Shown here: positions 42,183 to 54,610 of the stretch, in pieces
Numbering within the stretch: the first letter of the stretch is position 1
Layout: each line of letters opens with the position of its first letter
Assembly: GCA_965235115.1 (NCBI GenBank)
Contig: OZ249436.1
Coordinates: forward strand, 38,814,001 to 38,878,000
Length of the DNA: 64,000 bases
Reading direction: 5' to 3'
From: Laetmonice hystrix
Lineage: Eukaryota
The notes under the pieces: model-generated
Told to the model about the DNA's origin: nothing
The model's input: only the letters and a program-made list of their open reading frames with translations
The model's database searches: none
Position numbers and translations under genes: made by a program

Positions 42183-44185
42183 AGGCCCTTATCCACAGAA
42201 ACTTTGACACGGCCGGCCGATGGTGCATTGCACGATGATCATCGTGTGGGTGTCATGGGAAGCATCGGGCGAAAACCCGTCGTGTGAACCAGCCGATGGT
42301 TCGCACGATGGTACTATCCACAGCGACTGCAAGTATCGTGCGTAGGTAAAATCATATTTTGTAATTCCCGCCAAATTTATGTGAACTACATCCTATTCAA
42401 AATTCTGCATACATCCAAAATACTGCAAATTCTATAAGCCTATTGCAGTTATCGTAAACATATAGCCTTTCATTGTAGATTCGAAATTTTATGCCTAAGA
42501 ACGCGGACTCTAACCATGCCAACATGACATTTATTAGGATGACTGCGTATTCCACACTACATGTACAACCTAAAAACATGAAATAGAGCTTATACAATAT
42601 ACTTATAAGGAATATCGAATCATAATAAATACATCATGTATAGGACTTTTATGAGTGATGACGATGTCCACATGTTTCATAAGAGTTAGGCTAAGGAATT
42701 GGTAAGCCGTCTGTTATATATAACCTCATGTTTTCTTTCAAGCAATTCTGGATAATTATTAAGTTATTATTGTAACTTGACGATTTATGACTTGACCCAT
42801 CCCAGGACATTACCTTTAAGTAGAATTTAGGTCCGGCTGATCAAGTTGTGAGGAAAAAAATTACACCGACTATATAATTGTTAGCAAGAAATTTACTTCA
42901 CTGGGTAACTGTTTTCTCAATGATGATCTCGCAAAAGTCCTATTACAATACATGCAATAAATATTGTTTTATAGTTCATGTAAAACAGCTAGTAGCAAAA
43001 CGGATGGTGGGGGGTACAATTTCCATAAGATGGGCGGCCATTTTCTATTATAGAATATAGACCAGGGGGTCCAGATTCTATAATAGAAATTGGACCCCAG
43101 GTACAGAGGGTTACCATTTTCCATATGACACCGGCAGCACCGGCCACACTTCCATGCATGAAAAGGTCCGGCGAATGATTACTTCTAAAATGGCATTCAT
43201 CTTGGCCTGGGTGGTCATATTAAGTTTGAAAAATGTGAGGAATTGATTCAGCATCGTTAATAAGCTCGGAATCAGCTCAAATTTCATTAATTTAGCCTCA
43301 CCGGCAGCTGAAATATTGCCATTTCCGGTTTAGATGGCGGCCATCTTAGATTTGGTGGCCATCTTGAATTTTGAAAATGTCAGAAATGGATTCACCCTCT
43401 GTATGAACCTAGGAATCAACTCAAATTTCATCAAAATCGGGTCACTCGGAGCGGAAATGCAGCTATTTCTAGTTAAATGGTGGCCATCTTGGATTTGGCA
43501 GCCATCTTGAATTTCGAAAATGTAAGAAATGAATTCAGCATCCGGCTAAACGTTGGAATGGCCTCAAATTTCATCAAAATCTGTCCACTGGGACCTGAAA
43601 TACGGCCTGTTCCAGTTAAATGGCGGCCATCTTTGATTTTGTGCCATCTTGACCCTTTTTGGTGACCCGATTTCGGTAAACTTTTAGTATGTTGGTCTCC
43701 AAACGTTATACCACAGAAATATTGAGGAAAACATGAAAACTATCAGCGACACAGTGTTCGCAAAAAATATTGGGCGGCCATTTTGGAAAATGGCCGCCAT
43801 TTTTGTCACGGGCCAAATCTGCGATGTCCCTATAGCCAAATATCTTTCTTATGACATCCCCTAACTGTGTGCCAAATTTCATGCTTCTATCATTAAAGGC
43901 ACAATTTCCCCAAATATTTCACATATATCTGCCGGACTACACACTGTCCCTATGTGGTGGAACTAAGCACTAGTCGTGCGATGGCTCAATCGCCGGCGGG
44001 AATATTTAAAAGTTTTAATACCATCGTGCGACACTCGCACGACGGTACAGCGTCGGCTGAAATTCTGAGCGTCGGGCCGACGGTCATATCCATGAACACG
44101 CACGACGCACGATTTTCCCAGTTTTTCACACGATCGTCGTACGAGGCAAAATCGGCCGTGCGAAACGGTCTGTGGATAAGGGCCT
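42183..44185. mobile_element. Harbinger-like MITE ends (AGGCCCTTATCCACAG...CTGTGGATAAGGGCCT); one interrupted element or two fragments
   Basis: Matching TIRs, flanks TAA and TAG, cgtcg-rich arms at both ends. Confidence 0.45.
43150..43939. mobile_element. Academ-like non-autonomous fragment with about 4 x 120-bp internal repeats carrying ATGGCGGCCAT motifs
   Basis: Repeated gatggcggccatctt units; terminus CATATATCTGCCGGACTA. Confidence 0.5.
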
Positions 44186-44682
44186 TAGCCTCATAAGAAT
44201 TATCATGTAAAATGAACTCATAAACAAAGACCATGACCTTTGCTATCATCGCTTTGAATACAACACACTTCCGTTGCAGTGTTAATGAAATATCCATTAC
44301 AACAATGGTTAGTTTCAAGCCTTACCGCTAGGTGGCAGCACAATTCACACAGCCATTAAAGGTGAGGGCAAAAAAAGGACTGATGCGCGCCATCTTAAGT
44401 GACGCGCGCGTACCAGAAACCGCGGCTCGTGTCTTCGACCGGCCGACTATATTATATAATTTATTGAATCAGAGCTAGCTGCCCAACCTCGCCGTTAGTA
44501 CGAGTCAATCGACGTATAATAGGTAAACCGCTGTAAGAATATATCTATAGGCTATATAATATAGGTGGGCCAAAAAAGACCTGGAACACTCTTTTCCTGA
44601 CTATAGCTTCATGCTATCTGGTTATTTGGGGCCGGAGTTGTCATTTTTTAACTGCATATCAAAAAGTGCAATGCCGGACCAG

Positions 44683-46085
44683 GGGCCCGTAAGAAAATGC
44701 GAAAATGCGTTAAGAAAATGCGTTAATTAGTGCGCGCTAGTTGATATACTAGCGCGAAGTTTAACGCATTTTGCGTAACGCCGTTTCATAACTCGATGAT
44801 TCATTGCCTGTCCCCATCGTCGTTATACTGTCTATGCTGTCCCCTATCTCCTTGTTGAGCCTCTGATTGATGGCATTACATTGGTATCGCACGGCTATAG
44901 CGCGTGTCACCAAGTTAGGAACTAAAACATCATGTTGCCCTGACATTTTTTGTGCCGGTGCTAATATCTCAGCAACTATTGGGTCTACAGTATTCAAATA
45001 AACACCATTCTAGACCTTAGACTTAGATCTACGTAATTCACAACATGACATCTGTCTAATCTTCAAATCCTACAAACTAGCAGTGTGTGAAGAGCTACCA
45101 AAACTTGCCGAAATTTTCCATTTTCCTTGACTCTGCACCAGTAAATGTGTCGCTGCGGTCATCGTATTCAACTTGACACATCCTAACTTGCACGCTGGTT
45201 TCAAAATTAAATTCCCGATCGAATGGTACTACACTACAGTCATCTTTATAGCTTCAATTTTGCCAGCAGTAGCAGCAGCACACTGCGAGATCGAAATTTG
45301 CCGTTTTTGTACGTTTATAGGTCAAAACGTCACAGATGCATTGTCAGACGTCACAGAAGAGCAACGTCATTGCTAATTTTCACTGATAAGTTAAGGTCCA
45401 AAATTTTTTACAACATACTATTATATGTCTTTTTAAAGGGAATCTTTTTCTGTTTTCCACTGTATTATTTTTTTCTAATGCTGGGATATTTTGACCTTGT
45501 AAGAGCTTCCTGTTTGGCATAATGTTAACTGCCAGGATGTCGACCTCATCATGTTTATCATCCGGGTCACAGCTGTCAAAACTTGTCACAAAAAGTCCTA
45601 TGTAAAGTTGATGTTTTCTCAATAAGAAAGTTTGCGATTGAGCTCAAACTTTCTGGCCCTTTACCTGAGATGAGTGTAAAGCCTCTCTGTGAGTTTGAAT
45701 CGTAGTAGATTTCCAGTTTTTGTACAAGCAGCATTATGTCTGCTGCTAGCACTGCATGGCCACTGCGAAGTCTGACTCTGCTGTGACGTCGGCGGCCATG
45801 AGATGGGCCATGTGTTTGACTAAAAGTCATCGTGTTTTCTTACTAATATAATAAAATCTTGCATGATAAAAATTTTGAACTGGGTTATTATTATGATCAT
45901 ACACTATTTTATAATGTTAGAAGCTTTTATTGAAATTTAAGAATGGTAACCCTGAATTTGTTGGGGATCAAATGAGCTACCCGCGACAGTTCCTAACTTG
46001 CTGCAAAGGACTATAGCCGCCATATTTGATGATGTGCTCAGTGAAAATAAGGTGTTAATTAACGATACTATCGATAAACGGGCCC
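44683..46085. mobile_element. Third, deleted member of the GGGCCCG Harbinger-like family, with a nested 1.1-kb insert
   Basis: TSD CAG; shares subterminal sequence with the 32604 and 49112 copies. The insert at 44898-46013 has TAG...CTA ends and inverted CAAGTTAGGAACT. Confidence 0.7.
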
Positions 46086-47649
46086 CAGTACCGTTTTGAA
46101 CCTTGTGAACCGCCTTCAAAACCGCCGCCGTGTGAGGCCTGCTTTACGTTAAATACAGTATGCGTTCTATCAAACGTTGATGTGAGGGTTGTTTGATTAA
46201 CGTTGCTGGCCTAGAAACTCGTTGGTAAAAAAATCCATTTAACCCAGTCCACACTTTCAACCCCTATCCACGTTGGATGCAAACGTTCAGTACACCGTCG
46301 GACATCGTTGATTCTACATCAAAACAACGTAGATTTCCTTGCTGGGATGCCGCCGGGTATGTGTTAATAACTTTTAAATGATAGCGCTGCTGCACGTTGG
46401 AAACTGAAAAGATCGACTGTATTCTAAGGAAACTGGTCAATCAAGACACTGACTCTTGAAGACCTTTTTGAGAAATCTGTAATGATTTCTCGTACACCTG
46501 AGGTTCCAAACTAACTATTGTATCGTTTTTTTTTTCAGTTTTAGTGTCTCATTATCTAAACAAATGGCATTTGAAGTTACGTGAGTTTCTCGTTTCTTCA
46601 GACCTTATCTTTAGAGATATCGCTATTTAGTATCATGACATATGCCTACCTTTTCATGATGGAGGCCGACGAGGTTTGATATGACGGTCTGTAGTTCTCG
46701 TTGTGTTCTGATCTTCTGAGTGCGAACCAGTGGGTTATAATATGTGGGAGTGAGTGAACGCTATAATGACGTTTACCTGTCACTCATAACAACGTCAGGA
46801 GTCACTTAACCCTGTAATGCCCAGTGGATATCTACCTCTGTCCCATTAGTAATAGTAATTAGAGTCTGTCTTAATTACGGATTTTCTTCATGTATAATTC
46901 CCATTCTGCCATTTCCGGTGCGCCTGTTGAGACATCTTCAAGGTCGTAGGTGGGTCAAAAGTATCAGGCAATAATATGTCAAAATGACCCAGAACATGTT
47001 TAGAAATCATATTATAGGAAATATTGGACAAAATGTACCTGTATTTATTAGTCTGTATCTTTCTAATAAATTTATTAATTGGTACTTTTATTTGGGCCGT
47101 GGGTGGGATTTACTGTTTCTAGCAAAATTGCCAAGAGGCCTATTTTATATGCCCAAGTTGGCCCGAGCAGGGGGGGGGGGGTCAGGACCCCCTGGACCCC
47201 CCCCCCCCCCTCTGGATCCGCGCCTGTATATAATCTATATTTGATGTTAGTTTAGTAGGCCTATAATAGGCCTAACTGCTGAAGGTGACAGAGGCAGGAT
47301 CGTCCACTATAGATCTATGCAACTCTGCTACTCGACAGGTCACATTCTTGTATGATGACACTTTCCACCTCGCACTTATAGTAAAGGATGATGCAACCAA
47401 AAAAGGGCCCTGTAACTCGCCAACTAATTAGCTGTTGAAGCTCATTCGTTAACGGTGTGACGTTAGGCCTACCGGAATCCTCCGGAATTTACCGGAATCT
47501 CCCGGAATATTACCGGAATCCCCCCCCCCCGTATTTGGGCTCAGAAGCCCCCAGAGTATCCCAGGACCACATTAGAATCTGCCGGACTTTGCGAGATTTG
47601 ACACAGTTGGCGAAAAGGGAAAATGACTAAATACCGGAATACTGCAAGC

Positions 47650-47811
47650 TTCTATAATTGTCGAGAGATGGCGCCAGGGACTGTAAGGTAGTTCCTATAA
47701 TTATCGTCAGATGGCGCCAGGGTTTGTCTATGTATTATTGTCCAGACATGGCGCCAGGGATTTTGTAGGTAGTCCTATAATTATCGCCAGATGGCGCCAG
47801 GGGTTGTGTAG
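47650..47811. repeat. Degenerate tandem repeat of about 40 bp (ggtagttcctataattatcgccagatggcgccaggg); four copies here and one more at 53063-53102
   Basis: Repeated atggcgccaggg cores; the array resumes right after the LINE tail. Confidence 0.8.
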
Positions 47812-47812
47812 A

Positions 47813-48436
47813 ATGGAAACAAGGCGAATGGAAACAAGGTTCAACGCTAAGCTAGACGAGACGTTGAATGAGCTTAAACAAGTTAAACAAAGCCTAAAAG
47901 GAGTGGAAACGGAAAACGGAAAGTTGCGCAATGATATAAACCGGCTCACAGACATCGTAAGCAGCCAGCAGAGGTATCTTGAGCATTTGGATGCCCAAGA
48001 ACGTGCATGCAACTTAATCATCAGAGGCGTGTCGGAAACCGAGAACTTGGGAACCGCCAGAAATGATAACGAGAAGCTTGATGTCCCGTTTAGAACCATG
48101 GAATGTGATGGTATTGCTTCTGGCTTCACCTGCAAACGGCTAGGAAATCAGCGTGAAGACGGACATCCTCGCCTGCTGCTTGCTGTTTTACCCAACCCTG
48201 AGGCACGTAACGAGGCCCTGAAGCAAAGATCAAAACTTGAGCGGTCAGGAATTTTCAGAAACATAGCGGTAAAAAAGGATCAACATCCGAGCATAACAAG
48301 CGAGTGGGGACGGCTGTACCAAGTCTTCGAGTCCACAAAACAGCAGAACCCTGCACGCAATGTAGTATTTGACAAGAAGAAGCGCCAGATCTTACTCGAT
48401 GACCAACAGATAGACTGCTGGAAGAAACATTTTTAA
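47813..48436 (+). CDS. LINE ORF1 protein (coiled coil plus RRM-like region), probably N-terminally truncated
   Basis: Heptad region LDETLNELKQVKQSLKGVETENGKLRNDINRL; ERACNLIIRGVSE, RLG...PRLLL and IAVKKD motifs typical of LINE ORF1. Confidence 0.8.
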   Translation: METRRMETRFNAKLDETLNELKQVKQSLKGVETENGKLRNDINRLTDIVSSQQRYLEHLDAQERACNLIIRGVSETENLGTARNDNEKLDVPFRTMECDGIASGFTCKRLGNQREDGHPRLLLAVLPNPEARNEALKQRSKLERSGIFRNIAVKKDQHPSITSEWGRLYQVFESTKQQNPARNVVFDKKKRQILLDDQQIDCWKKHF

Positions 48437-50363
48437 TAAGCGAGCAGAGGGACTGCACCCTTACAATTATGACCTGGAACGTGAACGGTGTAAAGAATAA
48501 ACTAGACAATGCTTATGTCCAAGGTATTCTTTTCGATGCTGATATTGTGTGTTTAAACGAAATGAAGACGGGGTTACATTTTGCCTTACCAGGTTATGTA
48601 ACACATACCAGCGGAGGAGACAGAAAGCATCGTGGTGGATGTGCCGTTTTGATAAAAAATAGGCTCAATGATGAACTGTTAGAAATGAAACGATCAGAGC
48701 AGGACCTGATCAGATTCCGGTTTAAGCAGCACCCCAAAACTGAGTTCATTGCATGCTACATACCGCCTTTCGATTCACCATATTTTTCCTTAGATTATAT
48801 CGCCCGGTTGAATACGGCCTTACGTGAAAATAGCGATAACAATTTTGTGGTTTTGGGTGACCTTAATTGTCGCTACGCATCCATACGGAAGCATTTCCTT
48901 GTCAAACCAGAAGGATGTAATCTGCAGTATTCCCCATCGCCAGACCTTGCCACTTCACCAAATGAAAATGCAAAGCGCTTGATTGGAGTACTAAAACCAC
49001 TAGTACTACTGAATGGACTATGCAGTTCGAATTTGCAATTACCTCATAAACTTACTTTCCGACAAAGGTCACGTTGGGTATCAGAGCTGGACCATTGCTA
49101 TGTATCACCTGGGGCCCGTTTCATAACTCGTTAAGGAAATGCGTTAATTAGTACGCGCTCGTTTATATACTAGCGCGAAGTTGAACGCATTTTGCGTAAC
49201 GCCGTTTCAGAACTCGTAAAATGATCGCGCGTAAAACGATGTACGTTGGGTTCGTTAATATACGCATTCGTTATTTAACGCTGAAAAGGCCGCTTGTGCT
49301 TGCGAAAAATATTAAATTTAGAGATCATACCAGGGCTGCGCCACCAATCACCACCTTGCGGTTCGATTGCGTACTACAAGATTTATTAGAAGATTATCAG
49401 CTTAAGTAGGCCCCTATCATCCCCAAAATGTTCTAGTGTGAAGAGGTGAGTATAATGCTTAGTAATGCAATCTCGTACATTTCGTCAGAGGACGCGGATG
49501 TGAAAGGAGAGGAGCGTTCTTTCCAGAATAATATATTGTCATCAGGTTTTAGTCATGCGCCCCCAATAGTCATCTCTGAATCTGTGTTATCATAATATTT
49601 TGATTACTGTTATTTTGTAGCGCCAACGCTTACGGGCCAAGTTTTGGTGGAAGAGGATTCACAAACACAGGGGCTCACCTCCGTTGTGCCAGGTGTGGGA
49701 ACCGAGGGGTGGGGGCAAGGTGGCGATTCCCCAACTTTGTATTGGCGAGAATAATATCGTTTCGCCCCAATCTAATTAACATTAGTTATTGGTATTCCGC
49801 GTCTATATCGGTTGTGCCAGTGCTGTCTCCGCTCCATACCTATATAGTATGGAACACATGCGATATAACTAAGATCTAATGTCCCCTCCCTATTATTTGT
49901 CAGTTATACTTTAATAACAGAGATATGCCACTGCCAGGAGACCAAAAATCAGGATAAGGAAAGTTTTTGGACATATTTAGCTTATTTTGGATTCCAAGGG
50001 ATTCCAAGCATCACAATATTATGATATTCAGTGGCAGCAGTAAGGAGACAAAGTTTACTTGTTGATGCATATTTGATGAAGGCGCTACAGTGATCGGGGC
50101 GGGGGGGGTGTCCAGGATTTTGTAACGGGGGGTACAGAGGTAAAATTTGCTAAGGGCGAGGGGTCAGCACGGTCAATTCAGATGTTCCATCGGGGAAAAA
50201 GAGATATGGGTTGCCAAGGGGGGTTTGAAACTCCGCCCCCCGGCGCTTTGCCGGGGCATGCCTCAATCTCCCTCCCCCTCCAATGAAAATATGATTCCCA
50301 CACCTATGGTCCCTATCCTAAAAGGAAACGAACCAAGCGTTGCTAAAATTTAGATATAATATA

Positions 50364-51473
50364 TATCGGGTGGATAAAAAAAAAACGCCCCGAACTTTAA
50401 ACTTTAATATTTCAAAAACTATGCAGTATAATTCAATAAAATTTCTCTTAATATCACTTCATGATATTATCTCTGGTATGTTAAAGTTTCAGCACAATAG
50501 CTTAGATCTTATTTCCGTGGTGCTCAGAACAGAAATCAGTGTCTAAAAATGCAATGCCGGAATTAGGTCAAATATCATGCAGCAGCCAGGTGTCCAATTT
50601 GACACCTTTTTAATGCACCGCATTGTACCTTGGGTAAAAAAATTCAATATTTAGTTTTTGCGTGTTTTACAATATGTATAATGTTGTGAACCACTAGATA
50701 TAATAAATTAAGTGCTATTCCTAGTACTTTTAGAGAAAAACAGATGTTTAATGTGCCAAACCCTACACAGAAACTGCAACATTAGGATGATATGACTGTA
50801 ACGAGAAGTTCAAGTGAAAAGTTCAAGTGTTATCACGTTTAGCAACACATTCAGAACGTTGCGTATTTCCCAATGTTGGGAAGATATTTCACTATCAGAG
50901 ATCAGGAAGTGCATTGGCTCATGGAAAAAGAGACTGAGAGCAGTATGGAGTGAAAACGGGGGACCGATTGACCACCTACTCTAGTTTGAGGCCAGGGACT
51001 CCGGGTGCGACTACAACTCGCTTTAGCCCGGCATTGCGTTTTTGTACAATGATTTTTGTTTTTAGCCCCACGGAAATATTATCCAAGCTATTGAGTTGTA
51101 ACATTAACAACTAAAGGCCAACACACACACTGCGATTACCCGTCGCACGACGGTCTCACGACGGTCTCACGATGGTCCGTCGCTATGGCAATGAGTAGCC
51201 TGCAACAGCCTGCGACGGTCGCAGACGTTCTGACAGTGCCAGAACCTCTGCGACCGTCGCAAGACTCCATTCCGTCCTGTATAGATGAGCTCGGGTTAAA
51301 AACTGGGTCACGACGGTCGCGTCGCAAGGAGTTGCAAGCAGTCGCAGTGTGTGTGTTGGCCTTAAAAGACAACATCATAAAGTGATATTACGAAAAATTT
51401 CATTGAATTACAATCATTACTTTCTGAAATATTGAAGTTGAAAGTTCGGGGCGTTTTTTTTATCCACCCGATA
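50364..51473. mobile_element. Tc1/mariner-like MITE with TA TSD
   Basis: TIR TATCGGGTGGATAAAAAAAA..CGCCCCGAACTTT of about 50 bp; the empty site aatata-tgtgtt is present in copy 1 near 39663. Confidence 0.85.
51115..51362. mobile_element. Harbinger/Tourist-like MITE with TAA TSD, nested in the mariner-like MITE
   Basis: TAA|AGGCCAACACACACACTGCGA...TCGCAGTGTGTGTGTTGGCCT|TAA. Confidence 0.85.
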
Positions 51474-53156
51474 TATGTGTTGGTGACACGAACTGTATGT
51501 AGTGTGTTCATTGCAAGAAAATATATTATCTAAATGTTTGAATGACAGGTTCTCTGGTATGAAAACCGCGATGATTCATTGCCTGCCCCCTGTTGAGCCT
51601 CTGCTAAATGACGGCTAGATAGAGAGGAGGAGGCATGTATAATTATTGGTATCCCGCGATTAATTGCAATATTGTGAAGACATGTTATTGCCAATACAAT
51701 CCCATACTAGATGTCCCCGGGTCACTCTGTATGGTACCCCCACTGCCATCAAGACATCTGTTAATAATGAGAAATATTACATGTTATATAATATATGACA
51801 TAAAATCTTCATTATTCACAATATCAGGATTTTGGTTGGCATTACGTTGGTATTGCACTGTCCTAGCCGCCATATTTGTTGATGTGCTCAGTGTAAATAA
51901 TGTGTTAATTAACGATACTATCGTTAATTAGCGATAAATCAGTTAGCGAAGACTTAATCCGCATCTTTTTTATCCGCGCTAAAAAAATCCATTTAACGCG
52001 GAAATAACGCAAATTTTCGTAAATAAACGCCCGCTTTACTAGTTATGCAACGGTTTAAGGCGTTTTTCGTTGATTAACGCGTTTTAGACCTTAGCGAGCG
52101 CACAAACTTAGTTATGAAACGGGCCCCTGGTTTGTTGAACTCTGTTCGGGACCTGCGTATTGTGGACGATACCAGCTTGCCGTGGAACCATGCCCCAGTG
52201 CTAGTGGGCTTCTTCACAAATGAAATGCACTGTTATTCTGCTACCCTCGACGATCTTGAAGCAAGAGCATCAGAATTGGGCACATATATGAACACAACAA
52301 ATTCTCAGCTAAGACCCAGCCGGCGCCAAATTAAATGGTCAGATGTGAATAGTGACACCCTAAGAGGGCTGTTACAGATACACAATCCTCCCAACTTGAA
52401 TGTTCCTCTGGATATCGAATCGGCATTTTAGAATGTGGATGATACAGTGAGGTCGTGCATCTCACAAGCCAAAATCGCAACTTTCGCACCAAATACTACA
52501 AGTGAAAACCGATGGAAGAAACTCGCAGAAGAAAACGACTTCAAAAGGATCTGGAATGCTATAAATTGGAATGGATCGGTAGATACGGCCCTGTCAGAGC
52601 GGCCCTCAGACTCAGATTTCAAGCGCCATTTCACCCCATGTACTTGTCGTATGAGATAGTAGAACATGAGAGAGTTAGTACAACCCGTCTACGAGTTGAC
52701 CCAGAGCAAAGACTGTGCCCCTGTGGGTCTGTGCAGACTGAGAAACATGTTATTTGTGATTGCCCACGCACTATTGATATACGTGCCAGATATCCCACTG
52801 TTTCTTTTGATGATATCATTAGTTTCTTTAATAGCAATGACGTTGGTGCAATGTGCAGCGCAGCTGCCCGCACACTCCGCATATTTGAAAGTAGACAATG
52901 ATATACAGTCAGTCAGTGCACTGAGCGACCATCTTGTTATCAAATTACTTGCATATACTGAAAACTTTCTTGCCCACCTCTGCTCGTGAATTTGGGTGTT
53001 ATACGTGTATTTTTTACTTTGTGTATTTCGTAATGGTTTCAGTAATAAAATATTACTACTACTAGGTAGTTCCTATAATTGCCAAGAAACGGCACCAGGG
53101 AATGCCCGGCTTTGGCCGGTGTCGGCAGAGAGTTACGTTTGTGCTGGTGATAAGGG

Positions 53157-54259
53157 CCGGTGTGCCATGAAATATTGCAGTCATGAAATATTGCAGTAAT
53201 GCGTAAAAGTGCTGCAATATTTCATGACTGCAATTTTTCATAGCCATTGGCTATGAAATATTGCAGTCATGAAATATTGCCGCATTGCGCTTTCGTACTG
53301 CAATATTTCATAGCTATAGCTATGGAATAATGCCGCCTATGAAATATTGCAGTCTTGAAAAAGCCTAGTAGGCTACTGCAATATTCCACGGACTGCAATA
53401 TTTCATGGCTATAGCTATGGAATAATGCCGCCTATGAAATATTGCAGTCTTGAAAAAGCCTAGTAGGCTACTGCAATATTCCACGGACTGCAATATTTTA
53501 TAGCTATAGCTATGGAATAATGCCGCCTATGAAATATTGCAGTCTTGAAAAAGCCTAGTAGGCTACTGCAATATTCCACGGACTGCAATATTTCATGGCT
53601 ATAGCTATGGAATAAGGCCGCCTATGAAATATTGCAGTCTTGAAAAAGCCTAGTAGGCTACTGCAATATTTCACGGACTGCAATATTTCATAGCTATAGC
53701 TATGGAATAATGCCGCCTATGAAATATTGCAGTCTTGAAAAAGCCTAGTAGGCTACTGCAATATTTCACGGACTGCAATATTTCATAGCTATAGCTTTGG
53801 AATAATGCCGCCTATGAAATATTGCAGTCTTGAAAAAGCCTAGTAGGCTACTGCAATATTCCACGGACTGCAATATTTCATAGCTTTAGCTATGGAATAA
53901 TGCCGCCTATGAAATATTGCAGTCTTGAAAAAGCCTAGTAGGCTACTGCAATATTTCACGGACTGCAATATTTCATAGCTATAGCTTTGGAATAATGCCG
54001 CCTATGAAATATTGCAGTCTTGAAAAAGCCTAGTAGGCTACTGCAATATTCCACGGACTGCAATATTTCATAGCTATAGCTATGGAATAATGCCGCCTAT
54101 GAAATATTGCAGTCTTGAAAAAGCCTAGTAGGCTACTGCAATATTCCACGGACTGCAATATTTCATAGCTACAGGCTATGACATATTGCTGCCTATGAAA
54201 TAATGCAGTGACACAATGCTGCAATATTTCATAGGCAACAATATTTCATAGTACACCGG
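53157..54259. mobile_element. CCGGTGT...ACACCGG TIR element carrying an internal satellite
   Basis: TIR CCGGTGT.C.ATGAAATATTG; no clear TSD. Confidence 0.6.
53298..54170. repeat. Tandem repeat, about 9 x 95 bp, with internally palindromic units
   Basis: tgccgcctat recurs at 53331, 53426, 53521 and onward; units contain gaaatattgcagt/actgcaatatt, agcctagtaggct and atagctatagctat. Confidence 0.92.
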
Positions 54260-54610
54260 TCGTGACGACTCCCCCCCCCCCGTCCTCCCAGTGGTTTCAT
54301 CACGGAGGGACGGATCCGCGCAGTACGCGTCCAAATGGACGCATCCCAGGTAGGCCAGGGACTCCATGACTGTGTAGGCTACGGAATGCGTGATGCGTTG
54401 TGCGTGAAGGTGTGCGGACTGCGGCCTGCGGTGCGTGTTCCGGAAAAAATCGAACACCAAGCGATCGGTCCGTGCACGCTTCACGCAACCCGCACGACGG
54501 AGTGCGCTTCACGGATATATGGAGTCACCTGAATGGAAATGTGTATAGGAGCGATTTTCACGCAGCACGCACTCCGCACCACGCACCACGCATTCCGTAC
54601 ACATGGAGTC

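Larger units (their letters stand above)
49112..52126. mobile_element. PIF/Harbinger-like non-autonomous element, copy 2, inserted in LINE ORF2
   Basis: Same TIRs as copy 1, TSD CTG; removing it restores the endonuclease frame. Confidence 0.9.
48469..52901 (+). pseudogene. Disrupted LINE ORF2: AP endonuclease plus C-terminal zinc motif, no RT
   Basis: TWNVNG, CLNE, GGCAVL, CYIPP, GDLN, LDH and NHAPV motifs. The frame is restored across the 49112-52126 insertion (YVSP|GLLNSV). Stop at 52429-52431. Frameshifting jump near 52632 to TRLRV...RLCPCGSVQTEKHVICDC. Confidence 0.85.
47812..53062 (+). mobile_element. Non-LTR retrotransposon (APE type, RTEX-like architecture), probably 5'-truncated, RT domain missing, interrupted by a DNA transposon
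   Basis: ORF1, then ORF2 endonuclease, C-terminal Cys/His motif, AATAAA at 53044 and a (TAC)n tail; TAG present at both junctions. Confidence 0.88.
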
